Source: a virus
Reading direction: 5' to 3' (one strand)
IMG/VR virus record: IMGVR_UViG_3300045988_105796
Length of the DNA: 64,000 nt
Both the position numbers and the translations under genes were made by a program. Within the stretch, counting starts at the first letter, position 1. Every line of letters begins with the position of its first letter. Under the pieces are notes generated by a model, which saw only the letters and a program-made list of their open reading frames with translations, made no database searches and had not been told where the DNA came from. This document shows, one piece after another, positions 29,945 through 40,393 of this stretch.

Positions 29945-31084
29945 TTAATTCTCCTCCCATGAAACTGAAGGTTCATCCTCAAATGGGTTTGAGTATCTAC
30001 CATAGAAACCATCCTTAAATCCTATTTCAAAAGGTACTTTAGGTATGGTATCTTCATCTAAACCTTTTAATACTATACCATCTATATCATTGCTATTCTC
30101 AAACATTTCTGTATCATGTAATTGATATACATTACTACCTACCTTAATCCTGGTAGCATTATAATAGAAATTTTCTTTAAGAATATTAAAGTTAAAAGAG
30201 GAGAGATTTTCTTCTACTAAGGATATGTTTATATGAGCACTGCTATAGTAGGTATATAAAGTATCTATATACTTATTCTCTGGTTTAGCAGTTTTAGAAA
30301 CATCGTAGTAAATTCTTTTTTGATTATCTTTCTCGTACTCTCCCTTAATACCTGTTTCTTTAATCTTAGTATATTTACAATCTACATATCCTCCTATATA
30401 GTTTTGGATAGGAGTACTATCTTTTAAGGTAATTCTAATATGATATGGCTTATCTGTAGAATTACCTTTTTGTGTATACTTATTAGGCCAGTATATATAT
30501 ACTCTTCCACCTATGGAGGCATAACCCTTAGTAGCATCATCTTTCAACAAATCATCAGGTAAAGTAAAATCACTTACATTGAAGTCAATCATTATACCTC
30601 CATAATAAGCTGTATTTAATATAAAGTCTTCATCAGCTCTTATGTTTAATTTCTTTCTTACACTACTGAGCGATAGCCATTTATTCGTTCGATATTCCCA
30701 GAGGTATATTAAATTACCTACCTTATTCAGGTACTCTGGGTCTTTAGAAGGTATAGTATGTAGTACTCTAAGGGGTTTAGTATAAGGTACAGTAGTTTTA
30801 TTAGATAGATCGTCATATAAATACTTTAATGATCTAACCTCATCTCCCGTGAAAGATCCTGTTCTAGGGGCTACATGTACTAAACCTTCATCTGAAGTAG
30901 GTACATATTTATCTTTAGGTACTTTTAATAACTTCAAATCTACATTAGAGATTACTTTACCCTCTGCTTTTATTTGATAAGTTTCTGTGTAAGAGTTTTG
31001 GTTAGTATTTTCTGTAGGAGAGATTTTTATACTACCTGTACCAGTGCCAGAAACTTTATCTAGTTTAAACTTAGAATCTGCCAT
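29945..31084 (-). CDS. Structural protein (hypothetical)
   Basis: 379-aa ORF in the neck region. Confidence 0.5.
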   Translation of the reverse strand: MADSKFKLDKVSGTGTGSIKISPTENTNQNSYTETYQIKAEGKVISNVDLKLLKVPKDKYVPTSDEGLVHVAPRTGSFTGDEVRSLKYLYDDLSNKTTVPYTKPLRVLHTIPSKDPEYLNKVGNLIYLWEYRTNKWLSLSSVRKKLNIRADEDFILNTAYYGGIMIDFNVSDFTLPDDLLKDDATKGYASIGGRVYIYWPNKYTQKGNSTDKPYHIRITLKDSTPIQNYIGGYVDCKYTKIKETGIKGEYEKDNQKRIYYDVSKTAKPENKYIDTLYTYYSSAHINISLVEENLSSFNFNILKENFYYNATRIKVGSNVYQLHDTEMFENSNDIDGIVLKGLDEDTIPKVPFEIGFKDGFYGRYSNPFEDEPSVSWEEN

Positions 31085-31085
31085 G

Positions 31086-31640
31086 TTAAATTGTATTTCT
31101 AATTTGTTTTCTTATCTCTAGTACTAATTGTTTTTTATATTTGTCTGCCATAGTATTATCCCATAACACTGACCATAAAGGTCGTGAAGGTATTTTACCA
31201 TCTGATGAACCGAACTCTAGTACTTTAGCTACCCAAGTTAAAGTTCTTGGATTTTTATTAGTCCTACCATCAGGTCTAGTTTTAATACGTGATTGAGTTA
31301 ATCCTACGGCTATTTGTTTACCTCTTTGCAAAGGTTTAATGTTTCTATAGTACTGAGATGACCAATATAATAAGGTATGATCTCCAATAGCTTTTATAGT
31401 TTTCTCAGTATGCGGAGGCCAAGATACTCCACTATTTGGAGGAGGCATACCTCTTGATATACACTCTCTAGCTATCTTAGCTAATCTTTCTGCAAATGCC
31501 AAACCAGCAAGCTTATAAGCATTATTAAGTATATTAGGAGTTTCCCTAATAAGCTTATTAGCTTTAGCTTGCTGGTTTCTATTAGCATAGATAACTAAAT
31601 CACCTACTGGAGTAGGTATAGTTACCTGTAATGATCTCAC
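31086..31640 (-). CDS. HK97 gp10-like head-tail joining / tail completion protein
   Basis: C-terminal EFGSSDGKIPSRPLW resembles the (G)xIPARPF motif of the gp10 family. Confidence 0.5.
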   Translation of the reverse strand: MRSLQVTIPTPVGDLVIYANRNQQAKANKLIRETPNILNNAYKLAGLAFAERLAKIARECISRGMPPPNSGVSWPPHTEKTIKAIGDHTLLYWSSQYYRNIKPLQRGKQIAVGLTQSRIKTRPDGRTNKNPRTLTWVAKVLEFGSSDGKIPSRPLWSVLWDNTMADKYKKQLVLEIRKQIRNTI

Positions 31641-33220
31641 TATATTATTGAGTTTTTAATTTCTACATTCCAACTAGACTGTTCAGATTTTAATTTATCA
31701 GCTATAGGTTTTATTAATTTTGAAAATTTTGAAAAATCTTCTGGGCTTAAAGCTTTTCTAACTCCCGGTAGTAAAACTATATTACTGAGTTTACTACTAC
31801 CCTCTACCATATCTCTCAAAGAATAATAAAAATTACTTATATAGTCATCTTCTAAAGTAGAATCAAGGTTAATGTCTCCTTCTAAATATATGTAAACTAT
31901 CAATTTAGTTAATTGTTTACAATTCTTATAGGCTTCCTTATAGTTATTAAATATATACCTTCTATAATCACTATAAGGAAGCCTAATATATGAATTAGCT
32001 CCCACAATATGTATACTAGATGTAGCTGTAGATATACCCGTATTATTGAATAATCTTAGGTATAAATTAAAATATCTAATCAGAGGATCAAAAGGTATAT
32101 TAAAATTATTAAAACAACCCACATCAATGGATCCTATATAAGGACTATGAAATAGTTTGAAATAATCTTTTAAGGTTAATATTCTTGTAGCTTCTCTATC
32201 TATATTAATGTCATATATTTTTAATAGATTGTAAATGGTAGAAATGTCCCCAGATAATGAAAGTAATTTATCTGTAGTATCTTGGTTACTAGATATGTCA
32301 AAAGATAGGTCTATTGATAAATTATAGCCTATATGGGTATTATAAATATTTCCATACATATATAGACCAGTATTTTGAGTTAAAACTACCTCATTGTAAG
32401 TACCATCTACTACCTCTGGAGTTTTATCTGCTAGTACTATAGTATTATTATTATTATCTACCTTTAAGAAAGTTAATAAACCATTCAAATAACGAGGATA
32501 TCTAATAGTATACTCTATATCATGTCTATTATATAAATGAATTAATCGATCAAGGTTTATAAGCTCATTTTTTGAAGTTGGAGCTATAGAATCAGTATAA
32601 TCATAAGGAGAATCAGTTACTAAATCTACTTTGTAAAAATTATATGAACTCATTAGTTTACTGTTCCCTTTTAGATACTTGATCATCTGTTCTCCAGGTA
32701 TAAAGTTAAGAGTATAACTATTACTCATATATACAGGTATTAATACTAATTTGCAAGTAAGATTTCCTTCTCTATTATGAGTATTTTTCAAATATATATC
32801 GAAAGATATTTCGCTATATACCTTACTATAACCATATATTTCATTATAAGGTAATCTACCAAGATACCTTAGATTATCACCATAATTTAATAAAGATCTA
32901 GCTATATTTATTAATTTTATAGGCTTACTACGTTCAAATAAGTTTTCCAGTAATAGGTCTTTATTGGAAAACTTAAACAATATTGTACTTACTATATCAT
33001 TTCTGTAGCTGTCATACCTTTTAACATCCTCCCTATATGAGAATTCTGAGCTATCTGGGATATCCATATAATTAATATCTCCATATATATAACCTATACT
33101 ATGATCTATTGAATTGATTTTGTTATCATATGTTTGCTTATCCGCAAAATTCAAGCTCATATACTGCTTAATCAGCTCCCAGAACTTTGTAAGTCCTGTT
33201 TTATCTAAAAAACTTGCCAT
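31640..33220 (-). CDS. Large Asn/Tyr/Ile-rich structural protein (hypothetical)
   Basis: 526-aa ORF. The N-terminus MASFLDKTGLTKFWELIKQY resembles fiber-type N-termini. Confidence 0.5.
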   Translation of the reverse strand: MASFLDKTGLTKFWELIKQYMSLNFADKQTYDNKINSIDHSIGYIYGDINYMDIPDSSEFSYREDVKRYDSYRNDIVSTILFKFSNKDLLLENLFERSKPIKLINIARSLLNYGDNLRYLGRLPYNEIYGYSKVYSEISFDIYLKNTHNREGNLTCKLVLIPVYMSNSYTLNFIPGEQMIKYLKGNSKLMSSYNFYKVDLVTDSPYDYTDSIAPTSKNELINLDRLIHLYNRHDIEYTIRYPRYLNGLLTFLKVDNNNNTIVLADKTPEVVDGTYNEVVLTQNTGLYMYGNIYNTHIGYNLSIDLSFDISSNQDTTDKLLSLSGDISTIYNLLKIYDINIDREATRILTLKDYFKLFHSPYIGSIDVGCFNNFNIPFDPLIRYFNLYLRLFNNTGISTATSSIHIVGANSYIRLPYSDYRRYIFNNYKEAYKNCKQLTKLIVYIYLEGDINLDSTLEDDYISNFYYSLRDMVEGSSKLSNIVLLPGVRKALSPEDFSKFSKLIKPIADKLKSEQSSWNVEIKNSII

Positions 33221-33253
33221 ATTGTGTAATGTTTTAATGTTTAGTAATTTATA

Positions 33254-33664
33254 TTATAATCTATCATCTACATGAGGAAAGATCATCTCTTGTATCTCAT
33301 ATTCAGTAATAGCTGTTACCTCTGGTACTTGAATATGGTTTACAGCATCTGCTATCAAAGAAGTAAATGTAGATCTAACCTCTTCTTCAGTTTGGTAATG
33401 AGTATCATTATTTAGCTGAGACATTTTAGTAATGTTTCTAGCTCCATTCTCTATACCATCTAATTTAGCTTTTAGCTCATTAGAAAAATTATTCTGAGTT
33501 GCTACACTATCTTGAGAAGTTTTGATACAGTTTTTAATACTTAAGATGAACTCCCAGAAGTCATCTACAGTACCTTGAAAACCATGATGAACAGCATCAT
33601 CATAATAGCCCTGTAGAAGTCTCTGATCTATCTCAGGGCAAGTGTAATACTTACTTGTGTACAT
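33254..33664 (-). CDS. Hypothetical protein
   Basis: 136-aa ORF with a late-type leader. Confidence 0.55.
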   Translation of the reverse strand: MYTSKYYTCPEIDQRLLQGYYDDAVHHGFQGTVDDFWEFILSIKNCIKTSQDSVATQNNFSNELKAKLDGIENGARNITKMSQLNNDTHYQTEEEVRSTFTSLIADAVNHIQVPEVTAITEYEIQEMIFPHVDDRL

Positions 33665-33679
33665 TGTTTATAATGTTTA

Positions 33680-34336
33680 TTATGGTTTACCATTGAAACC
33701 TTCTATGTTCTTACCACAGAAATATTCATTATCTGTACCTTTGAAATCATTGAAAGTTTCCAAATTCTTTCCGCAAAATAATTCTTTTTCAGAACCAAAG
33801 AATCCCTCTTGTTCTTGAGATTCCATAGGTATGTATCTGAGCTTAGTATCTCTATCTCTCTTTAAGATGATAAGTAATACTAAAGCTTCATCTTTAGCTT
33901 GAGCTACTTGAGTATCTCCGGTAGGTTTATATACTAGACCGTTTATAACGAACCTATCCTCTGACCAGTTAAAATCAAAGTAACCATCAGTACCGCTTTC
34001 AGCATCTATACTAGCATTCTTCCAATACCTACCTTTGTCTAAACTTTTAAGGTAATCTGAAGATAATAATATAGATAGATTCTCTTCATCAGTTTCACCT
34101 GAAGTAGATTGTATATTGATAGGCCAGTTTCTAAAAGCATTATAAAAACATAAAGCTTCTATCTTTATCCTATAATAATGAGGGAATTCATCTTCACCTT
34201 GGTATAACATTTGGTTCACATGTTTTGCCCACACTATAGTTTGCCTACCAGCGTCCATATCAAGGAATCTCATTACATTCCTTTTATACCTATCCCAAGC
34301 TCTATTACTTAGGAAGTAACATCCTTTCTTTGTCAT
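33680..34336 (-). CDS. Hypothetical protein
   Basis: 218-aa ORF. Confidence 0.55.
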   Translation of the reverse strand: MTKKGCYFLSNRAWDRYKRNVMRFLDMDAGRQTIVWAKHVNQMLYQGEDEFPHYYRIKIEALCFYNAFRNWPINIQSTSGETDEENLSILLSSDYLKSLDKGRYWKNASIDAESGTDGYFDFNWSEDRFVINGLVYKPTGDTQVAQAKDEALVLLIILKRDRDTKLRYIPMESQEQEGFFGSEKELFCGKNLETFNDFKGTDNEYFCGKNIEGFNGKP

Positions 34337-35250
34337 CTTTTCTTAGGTATTAAAGTAACTCCTTGGTGAGATAATGGAGAAGTTGGATTTGGACCTCCTA
34401 AAACACCTGGATTCCTTCTATTAACTACTCTCGGTATAACTACATCATGAATTTGATCACAGAAAGGTAAGTATATATCTAACCTCTGAGCTAAAGTACA
34501 TAGGTTCTTCCTTAGTTGATCCATTACACCTCCTGGTTGCAATGCTTTCATATATGTAGAAAAGAAGTTTGATACTGAATCAGATATATTATCAAAATAC
34601 TCTACTTCAGTAGGTCCAGTAGTAATCTTCTTTACCCTATCTCCTATTACTCCTTCATCATCTGAATCTTCTTTCTCTTTTTGATTAGATTTAGTTTCAT
34701 TAGTTCTGGTAAGTTCACTTATGTATTTTCCAGTACTAGTTAGTATATTAGTAACTTCTACATTGAGATAATCCCATGCAGCTAGTTCCATAATCAATTG
34801 GTTTTCTAAACCTTCATAGTAGAGTTCATCATTATAATGCTCAATAGGAATTTCTTTTCCTTCCTCTCGATTCACTAGAGGTTGTATATAGAGCTGCCAT
34901 TTATTAATATAAACGTTCTTTTGTTCAAAACTCATACCCTGAGTAATTTCCTGGGGTATATAATTATTCACCAAGTTATAAATACTATCAGGTAAATGTG
35001 TTTTAACTATATCCGATACTATTACAGTTCTAGAAGAGGTTTTATGATATCCAGTGTTTGGATCATTTACCTCTAAGGTTACAGTATAAAAGCCATTCTC
35101 TGAGTAAGTGTGACTTGGGTTTTTTAAGGTACTGGGATCCGTAAAATCACCAAAGTCCCAGGAAAAGATAGCTTTCACTGGGACTTTAGAGAATATTCGA
35201 AAAGATACACCCAGACCTTCAGTTATACATTGGAAGTCTAAGTTATCCAT
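34333..35250 (-). CDS. PKD (Ig-like) domain-containing virion protein
   Basis: FSWDFGDFTDPSTLKNPSHTYSENGFYTVTLEVNDPNTGY matches the PKD signature WDFGDG...HxY...GxYxVxL. Confidence 0.6.
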   Translation of the reverse strand: MDNLDFQCITEGLGVSFRIFSKVPVKAIFSWDFGDFTDPSTLKNPSHTYSENGFYTVTLEVNDPNTGYHKTSSRTVIVSDIVKTHLPDSIYNLVNNYIPQEITQGMSFEQKNVYINKWQLYIQPLVNREEGKEIPIEHYNDELYYEGLENQLIMELAAWDYLNVEVTNILTSTGKYISELTRTNETKSNQKEKEDSDDEGVIGDRVKKITTGPTEVEYFDNISDSVSNFFSTYMKALQPGGVMDQLRKNLCTLAQRLDIYLPFCDQIHDVVIPRVVNRRNPGVLGGPNPTSPLSHQGVTLIPKKR

Positions 35251-35262
35251 GTTTTATTTATT

Positions 35263-35652
35263 TTAAGACATGAGAGCCTCTACAATAGATAGTACAGTAT
35301 CATCTTTCTCTACTGTGATATTATTATCTTCAGCTAAAGCTTTAGCCTCTTCCATAGTGAAAGCCTTTGCAATCTTACCGGCATCCATACCTGCCTCTAC
35401 TAGCTTATCAAACTTAGCCTTTAGAGTATCAGGATCTACCTCATTGACTACTTCGTTCTTATCTGCTACGTACTGTAGATGACCATTGATAAGGGCTTTA
35501 CGAATCTTAGGTGCAGCCAACTGACGTAATGATAGTTCTACTACCTCTCCTCGTACAACTTGAATGCCTGTAGAAGGATCGTAAAAACTATAGGCATTAT
35601 CACCTAATGAAACGTATTTTGAATCTGTATTTGCTGATTTATTTTTTCCCAT
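35263..35652 (-). CDS. Hypothetical head-associated protein
   Basis: 129-aa ORF after the MCP terminator, with a late-type leader. Confidence 0.55.
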   Translation of the reverse strand: MGKNKSANTDSKYVSLGDNAYSFYDPSTGIQVVRGEVVELSLRQLAAPKIRKALINGHLQYVADKNEVVNEVDPDTLKAKFDKLVEAGMDAGKIAKAFTMEEAKALAEDNNITVEKDDTVLSIVEALMS

Positions 35653-35681
35653 TGTTTTAATGTTTAAGTTGATGTAAAGTT

Positions 35682-35722
35682 AAAAACCTCACCCCAGTTA
35701 ATTAAAACTGAGGCAAGGTGAG
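35682..35722 (-). terminator. Terminator/attenuator after the major capsid gene
   Basis: Interrupted stem CCTCACCCCAGTT / AACTGAGGCAAGGTGAG, followed on the minus strand by TTTTT. Confidence 0.55.
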
Positions 35723-35744
35723 AATATTTAATTAAAGCCAGGTA

Positions 35745-36869
35745 TTATTCCAAGTTAACTGACAAATATGGATCGATGTTCATGAATGCTGGGAATCCAT
35801 TTGTAGAGAAGGCCTTATTAGCAGCCATGAGTACAGCAGCATCCTGATACATCTTGCTAAAACCAGTAGTGATAGTAGCATAAGTAGCATTAGTCTGATT
35901 TGAAACGATTCGCTCTGATTCAAGCATAAGCTCCTTAGCAGTAAGCTTAATGAGAGCAGCATTCTTATCTACCATCAAGATATTCTTATCTGGAGTTCCT
36001 GGGTGAATATAGAAGTTAGCCTGGTTAGGAACTGGAGACTTAACATTGAGTGTAGCCTGTGTAGTTCCCTGCTCACGTTTCTTAAACTCTGGCAAATCGA
36101 GCAATTCAATTGCCTGATCTTCAGAACCAATGATATTCTGGTAGTTACGACCAAGACGAGAAGCACGTACCCAGAGACGGAGAAGATCCTTGTAAGTAAT
36201 ACCAGTAGTAGTATTATTTACACCAATTACTGGAGCAGATTCAGAACCGTCGATCATATTACCATTGAGGAGTACATCCATTGCCAATGTATCCATAGCA
36301 TAGCCAAGCTGAATACCAAAGTCACGGAGATATACACCCAATACGTCGATTGATACGTAATCACGAACCTCATCAGTAAGCTTGAAGCCCTTACCAATCT
36401 TAAAGATTGATACCTGCTTCTCACCGTAAGAAATGTCTCCCAATGGGATAGTCTCAGCCTCGTTTACCTTTGCAGGACTAGCGTCAGACATATTTACATG
36501 AGGCATAGTAACCTTCAAACCCTTTACATGCTCTTCAGAAGCAATGATCTCTGGGTAGAAAGGAGCCTTACGAACACCTGTATAGATAGCTGCACGAATG
36601 ATCTCTGGTACCAACCAACGAACATTCTGATCTGGCATAGTGAACAGATTCTGGATGGTAGTCATACGAGGGTTAATACCAACCTTATCGTAGAAAGCAT
36701 CCAAGCTAATACCATATTTCTCCTGTACCATCTCAGACAGACTGATGTCTGTACAGATATGATTACCATCTCCAGCACGGGTAGCGTCCATGAAACGTAC
36801 CATCTCTGGCAAAGCATTGATGAAATCCTGTGACTTCATCTTGCTCAAATCAATTTTATTTTCTGCCAT
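35745..36869 (-). CDS. Major capsid protein (HK97 fold, lambda gpE-like position)
   Basis: 374 aa. It follows portal, protease/scaffold and decoration genes. Its codon usage is visibly more GC-rich and it has its own terminator. Confidence 0.75.
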   Translation of the reverse strand: MAENKIDLSKMKSQDFINALPEMVRFMDATRAGDGNHICTDISLSEMVQEKYGISLDAFYDKVGINPRMTTIQNLFTMPDQNVRWLVPEIIRAAIYTGVRKAPFYPEIIASEEHVKGLKVTMPHVNMSDASPAKVNEAETIPLGDISYGEKQVSIFKIGKGFKLTDEVRDYVSIDVLGVYLRDFGIQLGYAMDTLAMDVLLNGNMIDGSESAPVIGVNNTTTGITYKDLLRLWVRASRLGRNYQNIIGSEDQAIELLDLPEFKKREQGTTQATLNVKSPVPNQANFYIHPGTPDKNILMVDKNAALIKLTAKELMLESERIVSNQTNATYATITTGFSKMYQDAAVLMAANKAFSTNGFPAFMNIDPYLSVNLE

Positions 36870-36902
36870 ATTATTATAATGTTATATGTTCTTTACTTAA
36901 GT

Positions 36903-37385
36903 TTATCGTACCAATACCTGTACGAGTTCATTAGCAGCATCTGCAGGATTGATAGCAATGAACTTAGTTTCTGTTGTAGAAGCAGCTACCTCTACAAAAC
37001 GATCTTGCTTAACAGTTCCTGTAGGCTTTACATAACCACACTGGAATGTAGCACTAGAAATGTAATTACAGATAGCAAAAGCTTCTACAGCTACAGTTAC
37101 CTCTGCAGGGAAATTACGCTGAGCAGCATAAGCTGGGTTTACACTATCAGTAACAGCAATTCCCAAATAAATCTCACTAGCTTGGCCCTTATATGGAGAA
37201 ATAGAACCATCTGTGTTAAGAGCTACTGGCTGACCCTTTACGATTACTTCAGGCTTATGTGTAGAATTATCTACCTTAGCCATGAAAGCCTGGTGCAACT
37301 TATGTGATTCGTGCTTGTAAATTACAGTACGAGGTGTAACCTCTCCCATCAAGGTAAGAGGCTGATTTTTGAAATATACTCCCAT
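36903..37385 (-). CDS. Head decoration / cement protein candidate (lambda gpD position)
   Basis: 160 aa, lying between the scaffold/protease and MCP genes. Confidence 0.45.
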   Translation of the reverse strand: MGVYFKNQPLTLMGEVTPRTVIYKHESHKLHQAFMAKVDNSTHKPEVIVKGQPVALNTDGSISPYKGQASEIYLGIAVTDSVNPAYAAQRNFPAEVTVAVEAFAICNYISSATFQCGYVKPTGTVKQDRFVEVAASTTETKFIAINPADAANELVQVLVR

Positions 37386-37406
37386 ATTATTATATTTTTA
37401 GATTTG

Positions 37407-38924
37407 TTACTCTGATACTTTGTACTGGTTCTTACGAGAGAAGATATTAGCAGCAGCCTTAGCAGTATCAACTGGATTCTCCTTATTGCTTGTAACCTCC
37501 TTCTTATCTGGATCCTCTACAGATGAAGCACGGCTTACATCTTTAGAACCACAGTGATTGCAGTGCATAGGATATGCCTCTTCAAGTTTCTGAGCATAGG
37601 TCTTATTCAAACCTTCCAGAGTTACTACTGGAGTATTTTCTGCCTGGAGCATTACATAGATAGCGTCATTCTCCTTGAAAGAATCTCCCATTAACTTACG
37701 GTAGTTATTGCAAGCTTCCTCACGTAGCTTACTTACATAAGTTTTACCGAGATTTGCCTGCTCAGTAAGTGAAGTCTTCTCGGCCTCGAGATTGGAAATC
37801 TTCTCCTCAAGCTTTGCCTTCTCTTCAGTAAGATTATTTACTGTATCAGTAAGACTTGCCTTATCTGATACGATTTGCTGGATAAGGGAAATAGCCTCTT
37901 CTGGAGAAGCTTCTTTACCTTCTGATAGAGTAAGCATATCCTTTCCGAATAGCTTCTCCAAAAATTCTTTTAGTTCTTTATCCATTTTAGTGTTTGATAA
38001 ATTAGTATTTTCAACCTTGTTATTATTAACCTGTTGAGTATTGTAGTACTCTAAATCAGTTTTATTGTCTAAAAAGAAAAATTCTCTAGTTCCTTTCTCC
38101 TCATGTTCCTTGAAAGCTTCATAGGTTTGTTTTGCAAATGTTGGATTTACAATTTTACCATCTGAACCAATTTTCTGGGCAAAGGTATCAGCACCATGAG
38201 ATACTAAAGAGGTTTCCAAGAATCTTACTATACCTGTACATACCTTACAGATCATATTACCTTCTTTGTCATATGTACCAAGTTTCTCCCAGAATTCTCC
38301 ATCATCAAGCTCTGGATGAGATTTATCCCATGTAAACTGTACAGTTACAGAATTACTGTGTATTGAAGGAGGATCCATTAAGATACCTCTTGCAATTCTA
38401 GGATTAGCTTTCCCATCAATCTTTAGGATTCCATTAATACCTGCTGGTATAGTATAGCCATCTACTTTGTAAGAATCTTGCCATACTACTTTTGAAACAG
38501 ATCCAATGGCATTACCTATGTCTGTACTATGATCACAGTTTACAGTTTGTCCGAGTATTAGAGGCATAGCTGCTTTTAATACTCCATTCCTACTAAAATC
38601 TACAGGATTCCAGTTCTTAGATACAATAGTTTCGGATAACAGTCGGAACATAGGTTCTATAAACTCGTTATCCTTAGGAGTTAGATCCTCTGGCTTCAAA
38701 TCAGGGTAGTATGTATTATAATCAATATCACTACCAAAGAAGCCAAACTTCTGTATACTATCCTTAGAAGTTTTATTCCATGAGAAGAAATTCTCTGATA
38801 ACTTTGTTAAGGGTTCTTTCTCTTGTACAGGAGCTGGTACATTACCCACTAAAATAGAATGGCCAGCTCCAATAACCATAGTCTCATTAAAACTATGATT
38901 ACTTCTGGTTATTGGTTTACTCAT
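37407..38924 (-). CDS. Prohead protease / scaffolding fusion protein
   Basis: Lies after the portal gene. It has a C-terminal coiled coil (NLTEEKAKLEEKISNLEAEKTSLTEQ). Confidence 0.5.
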   Translation of the reverse strand: MSKPITRSNHSFNETMVIGAGHSILVGNVPAPVQEKEPLTKLSENFFSWNKTSKDSIQKFGFFGSDIDYNTYYPDLKPEDLTPKDNEFIEPMFRLLSETIVSKNWNPVDFSRNGVLKAAMPLILGQTVNCDHSTDIGNAIGSVSKVVWQDSYKVDGYTIPAGINGILKIDGKANPRIARGILMDPPSIHSNSVTVQFTWDKSHPELDDGEFWEKLGTYDKEGNMICKVCTGIVRFLETSLVSHGADTFAQKIGSDGKIVNPTFAKQTYEAFKEHEEKGTREFFFLDNKTDLEYYNTQQVNNNKVENTNLSNTKMDKELKEFLEKLFGKDMLTLSEGKEASPEEAISLIQQIVSDKASLTDTVNNLTEEKAKLEEKISNLEAEKTSLTEQANLGKTYVSKLREEACNNYRKLMGDSFKENDAIYVMLQAENTPVVTLEGLNKTYAQKLEEAYPMHCNHCGSKDVSRASSVEDPDKKEVTSNKENPVDTAKAAANIFSRKNQYKVSE

Positions 38925-38926
38925 AT

Positions 38927-40393
38927 TTATCTTGGTTTTGAATTTTGATCTTTTCTCTTAGGCATTGGTTTATTCTTATCCCTTACACCACGATCAGATT
39001 TAGATTTATCATCTTTTCTCTCCTTATCTTCTATACCTATTTTACCATTATTCTGTTGTTCAATAGGTACTCTTGGAGCTTCCTGATCTGGGCTATCATA
39101 ACCCATTTCCTGAGCATATTGTAACATAGATATGATACCATCTCTATATAAGGCATTAAGATTCTGTACCTTATATTGAGTAGCCTGTTGGATTTTTACA
39201 TCATCGGTTACAGTAGCAGGATTCCAAGTAATTTTAATACCTTTATTATTAAATCCAGCAAGTTGTAACTCTAAAGAATATAAGAATTCAAGTACACTAC
39301 CAACTAAACTCTGGATAACCTTTAATTGAGATATGAGTTTAGAAAGATTTATACCAGCTCCACCTTCTGTATTAGTATCAGTAACACCTAATAGTGTACT
39401 ATTTATACCAAGACCGTTAGCTACAGACTGTTGGTTCATTTTCCAAGGTATATCTAGATTACCCATATCTTGAGTAGTAGAATTGAGTTTGAATTCATGA
39501 TCTTCTTTATAACCAACTACCAAACCATCCTTCATACCCTCTTTCATACGTTTCTTGAGCTTAAGTAAATTAATTTCAAGACGACGTTCATATTGATTAG
39601 TACTTTCTGAAGGTCTCTGATCTGGTTTATCCATTAGCACTTCCATGAATCCCAATAGGCCAGCATTTTCCATGATATGTTTGAAATTTATTCTCATATC
39701 AGATTGACCTTTTAGAGAATCTAAGGCTGCCATAAAGGGAGGTATTCCATAAGGTTCATCTGTATCATTGTACATACCTACATATTTATATGTAAGAGTG
39801 TTCAATTTAATATAAGTATCTTTTCCTATAGCCAAGTTTGCATAACTTTTCTGATAAGGAATATATACTCCATCAGATTCCCTCTTGAACATTATACTGT
39901 CTGGTTTGATAAAAAGTACTGTAGATAAACCATCTAGATGTTGATTAGGTACTCCTTCTATAGATATAGCTCCACCAATTAGGAGTTGTACCATCATCTT
40001 ATTTACTAAACCATCAGTACCAGCAGTATAATTAGACCATCTTTTTGAAGCTTTCTTAAGGTGATCTACCATAGCTTCTGCTTCCTTACTAGTATTATTA
40101 GGAAAACCTATTCTATGTCCAGTATTAGCTAACTGATACATATCTTGTAAGGCTTTACTTACATCAGGATTTACCTTATATAAATTCCTAAGTAGTTGAA
40201 TAACTTCTACTCTAAATGAAGGATTTACCATTGTGTTAAAATCCTTCAAAGCATAAGTTAAACCATTACCATCTTCTGGAGCAGAAACTCTACCAGGATC
40301 TATTCCTGTAACTTTAGGTTTCTTTGGTTCAGTGTTACTAGTAGCATCTGGGTGTCCTCTAGTAACTGAAATGTTATAACCGAATATTTTCAT
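38927..40393 (-). CDS. Portal protein
   Basis: 488 aa, directly downstream of and overlapping TerL. Confidence 0.7.
   Translation of the reverse strand: MKIFGYNISVTRGHPDATSNTEPKKPKVTGIDPGRVSAPEDGNGLTYALKDFNTMVNPSFRVEVIQLLRNLYKVNPDVSKALQDMYQLANTGHRIGFPNNTSKEAEAMVDHLKKASKRWSNYTAGTDGLVNKMMVQLLIGGAISIEGVPNQHLDGLSTVLFIKPDSIMFKRESDGVYIPYQKSYANLAIGKDTYIKLNTLTYKYVGMYNDTDEPYGIPPFMAALDSLKGQSDMRINFKHIMENAGLLGFMEVLMDKPDQRPSESTNQYERRLEINLLKLKKRMKEGMKDGLVVGYKEDHEFKLNSTTQDMGNLDIPWKMNQQSVANGLGINSTLLGVTDTNTEGGAGINLSKLISQLKVIQSLVGSVLEFLYSLELQLAGFNNKGIKITWNPATVTDDVKIQQATQYKVQNLNALYRDGIISMLQYAQEMGYDSPDQEAPRVPIEQQNNGKIGIEDKERKDDKSKSDRGVRDKNKPMPKRKDQNSKPR

Noticed and set aside
35780-37307. Several ORFs (35780-35962, 35975-36166, 36003-36353, 36498-36833, 36879-37307) overlapping the capsid and decoration genes
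   Set aside because: They overlap strongly supported structural genes. The locally higher GC content lowers stop-codon frequency in the other frames. Their products are low-complexity Leu/Ser-rich sequences.
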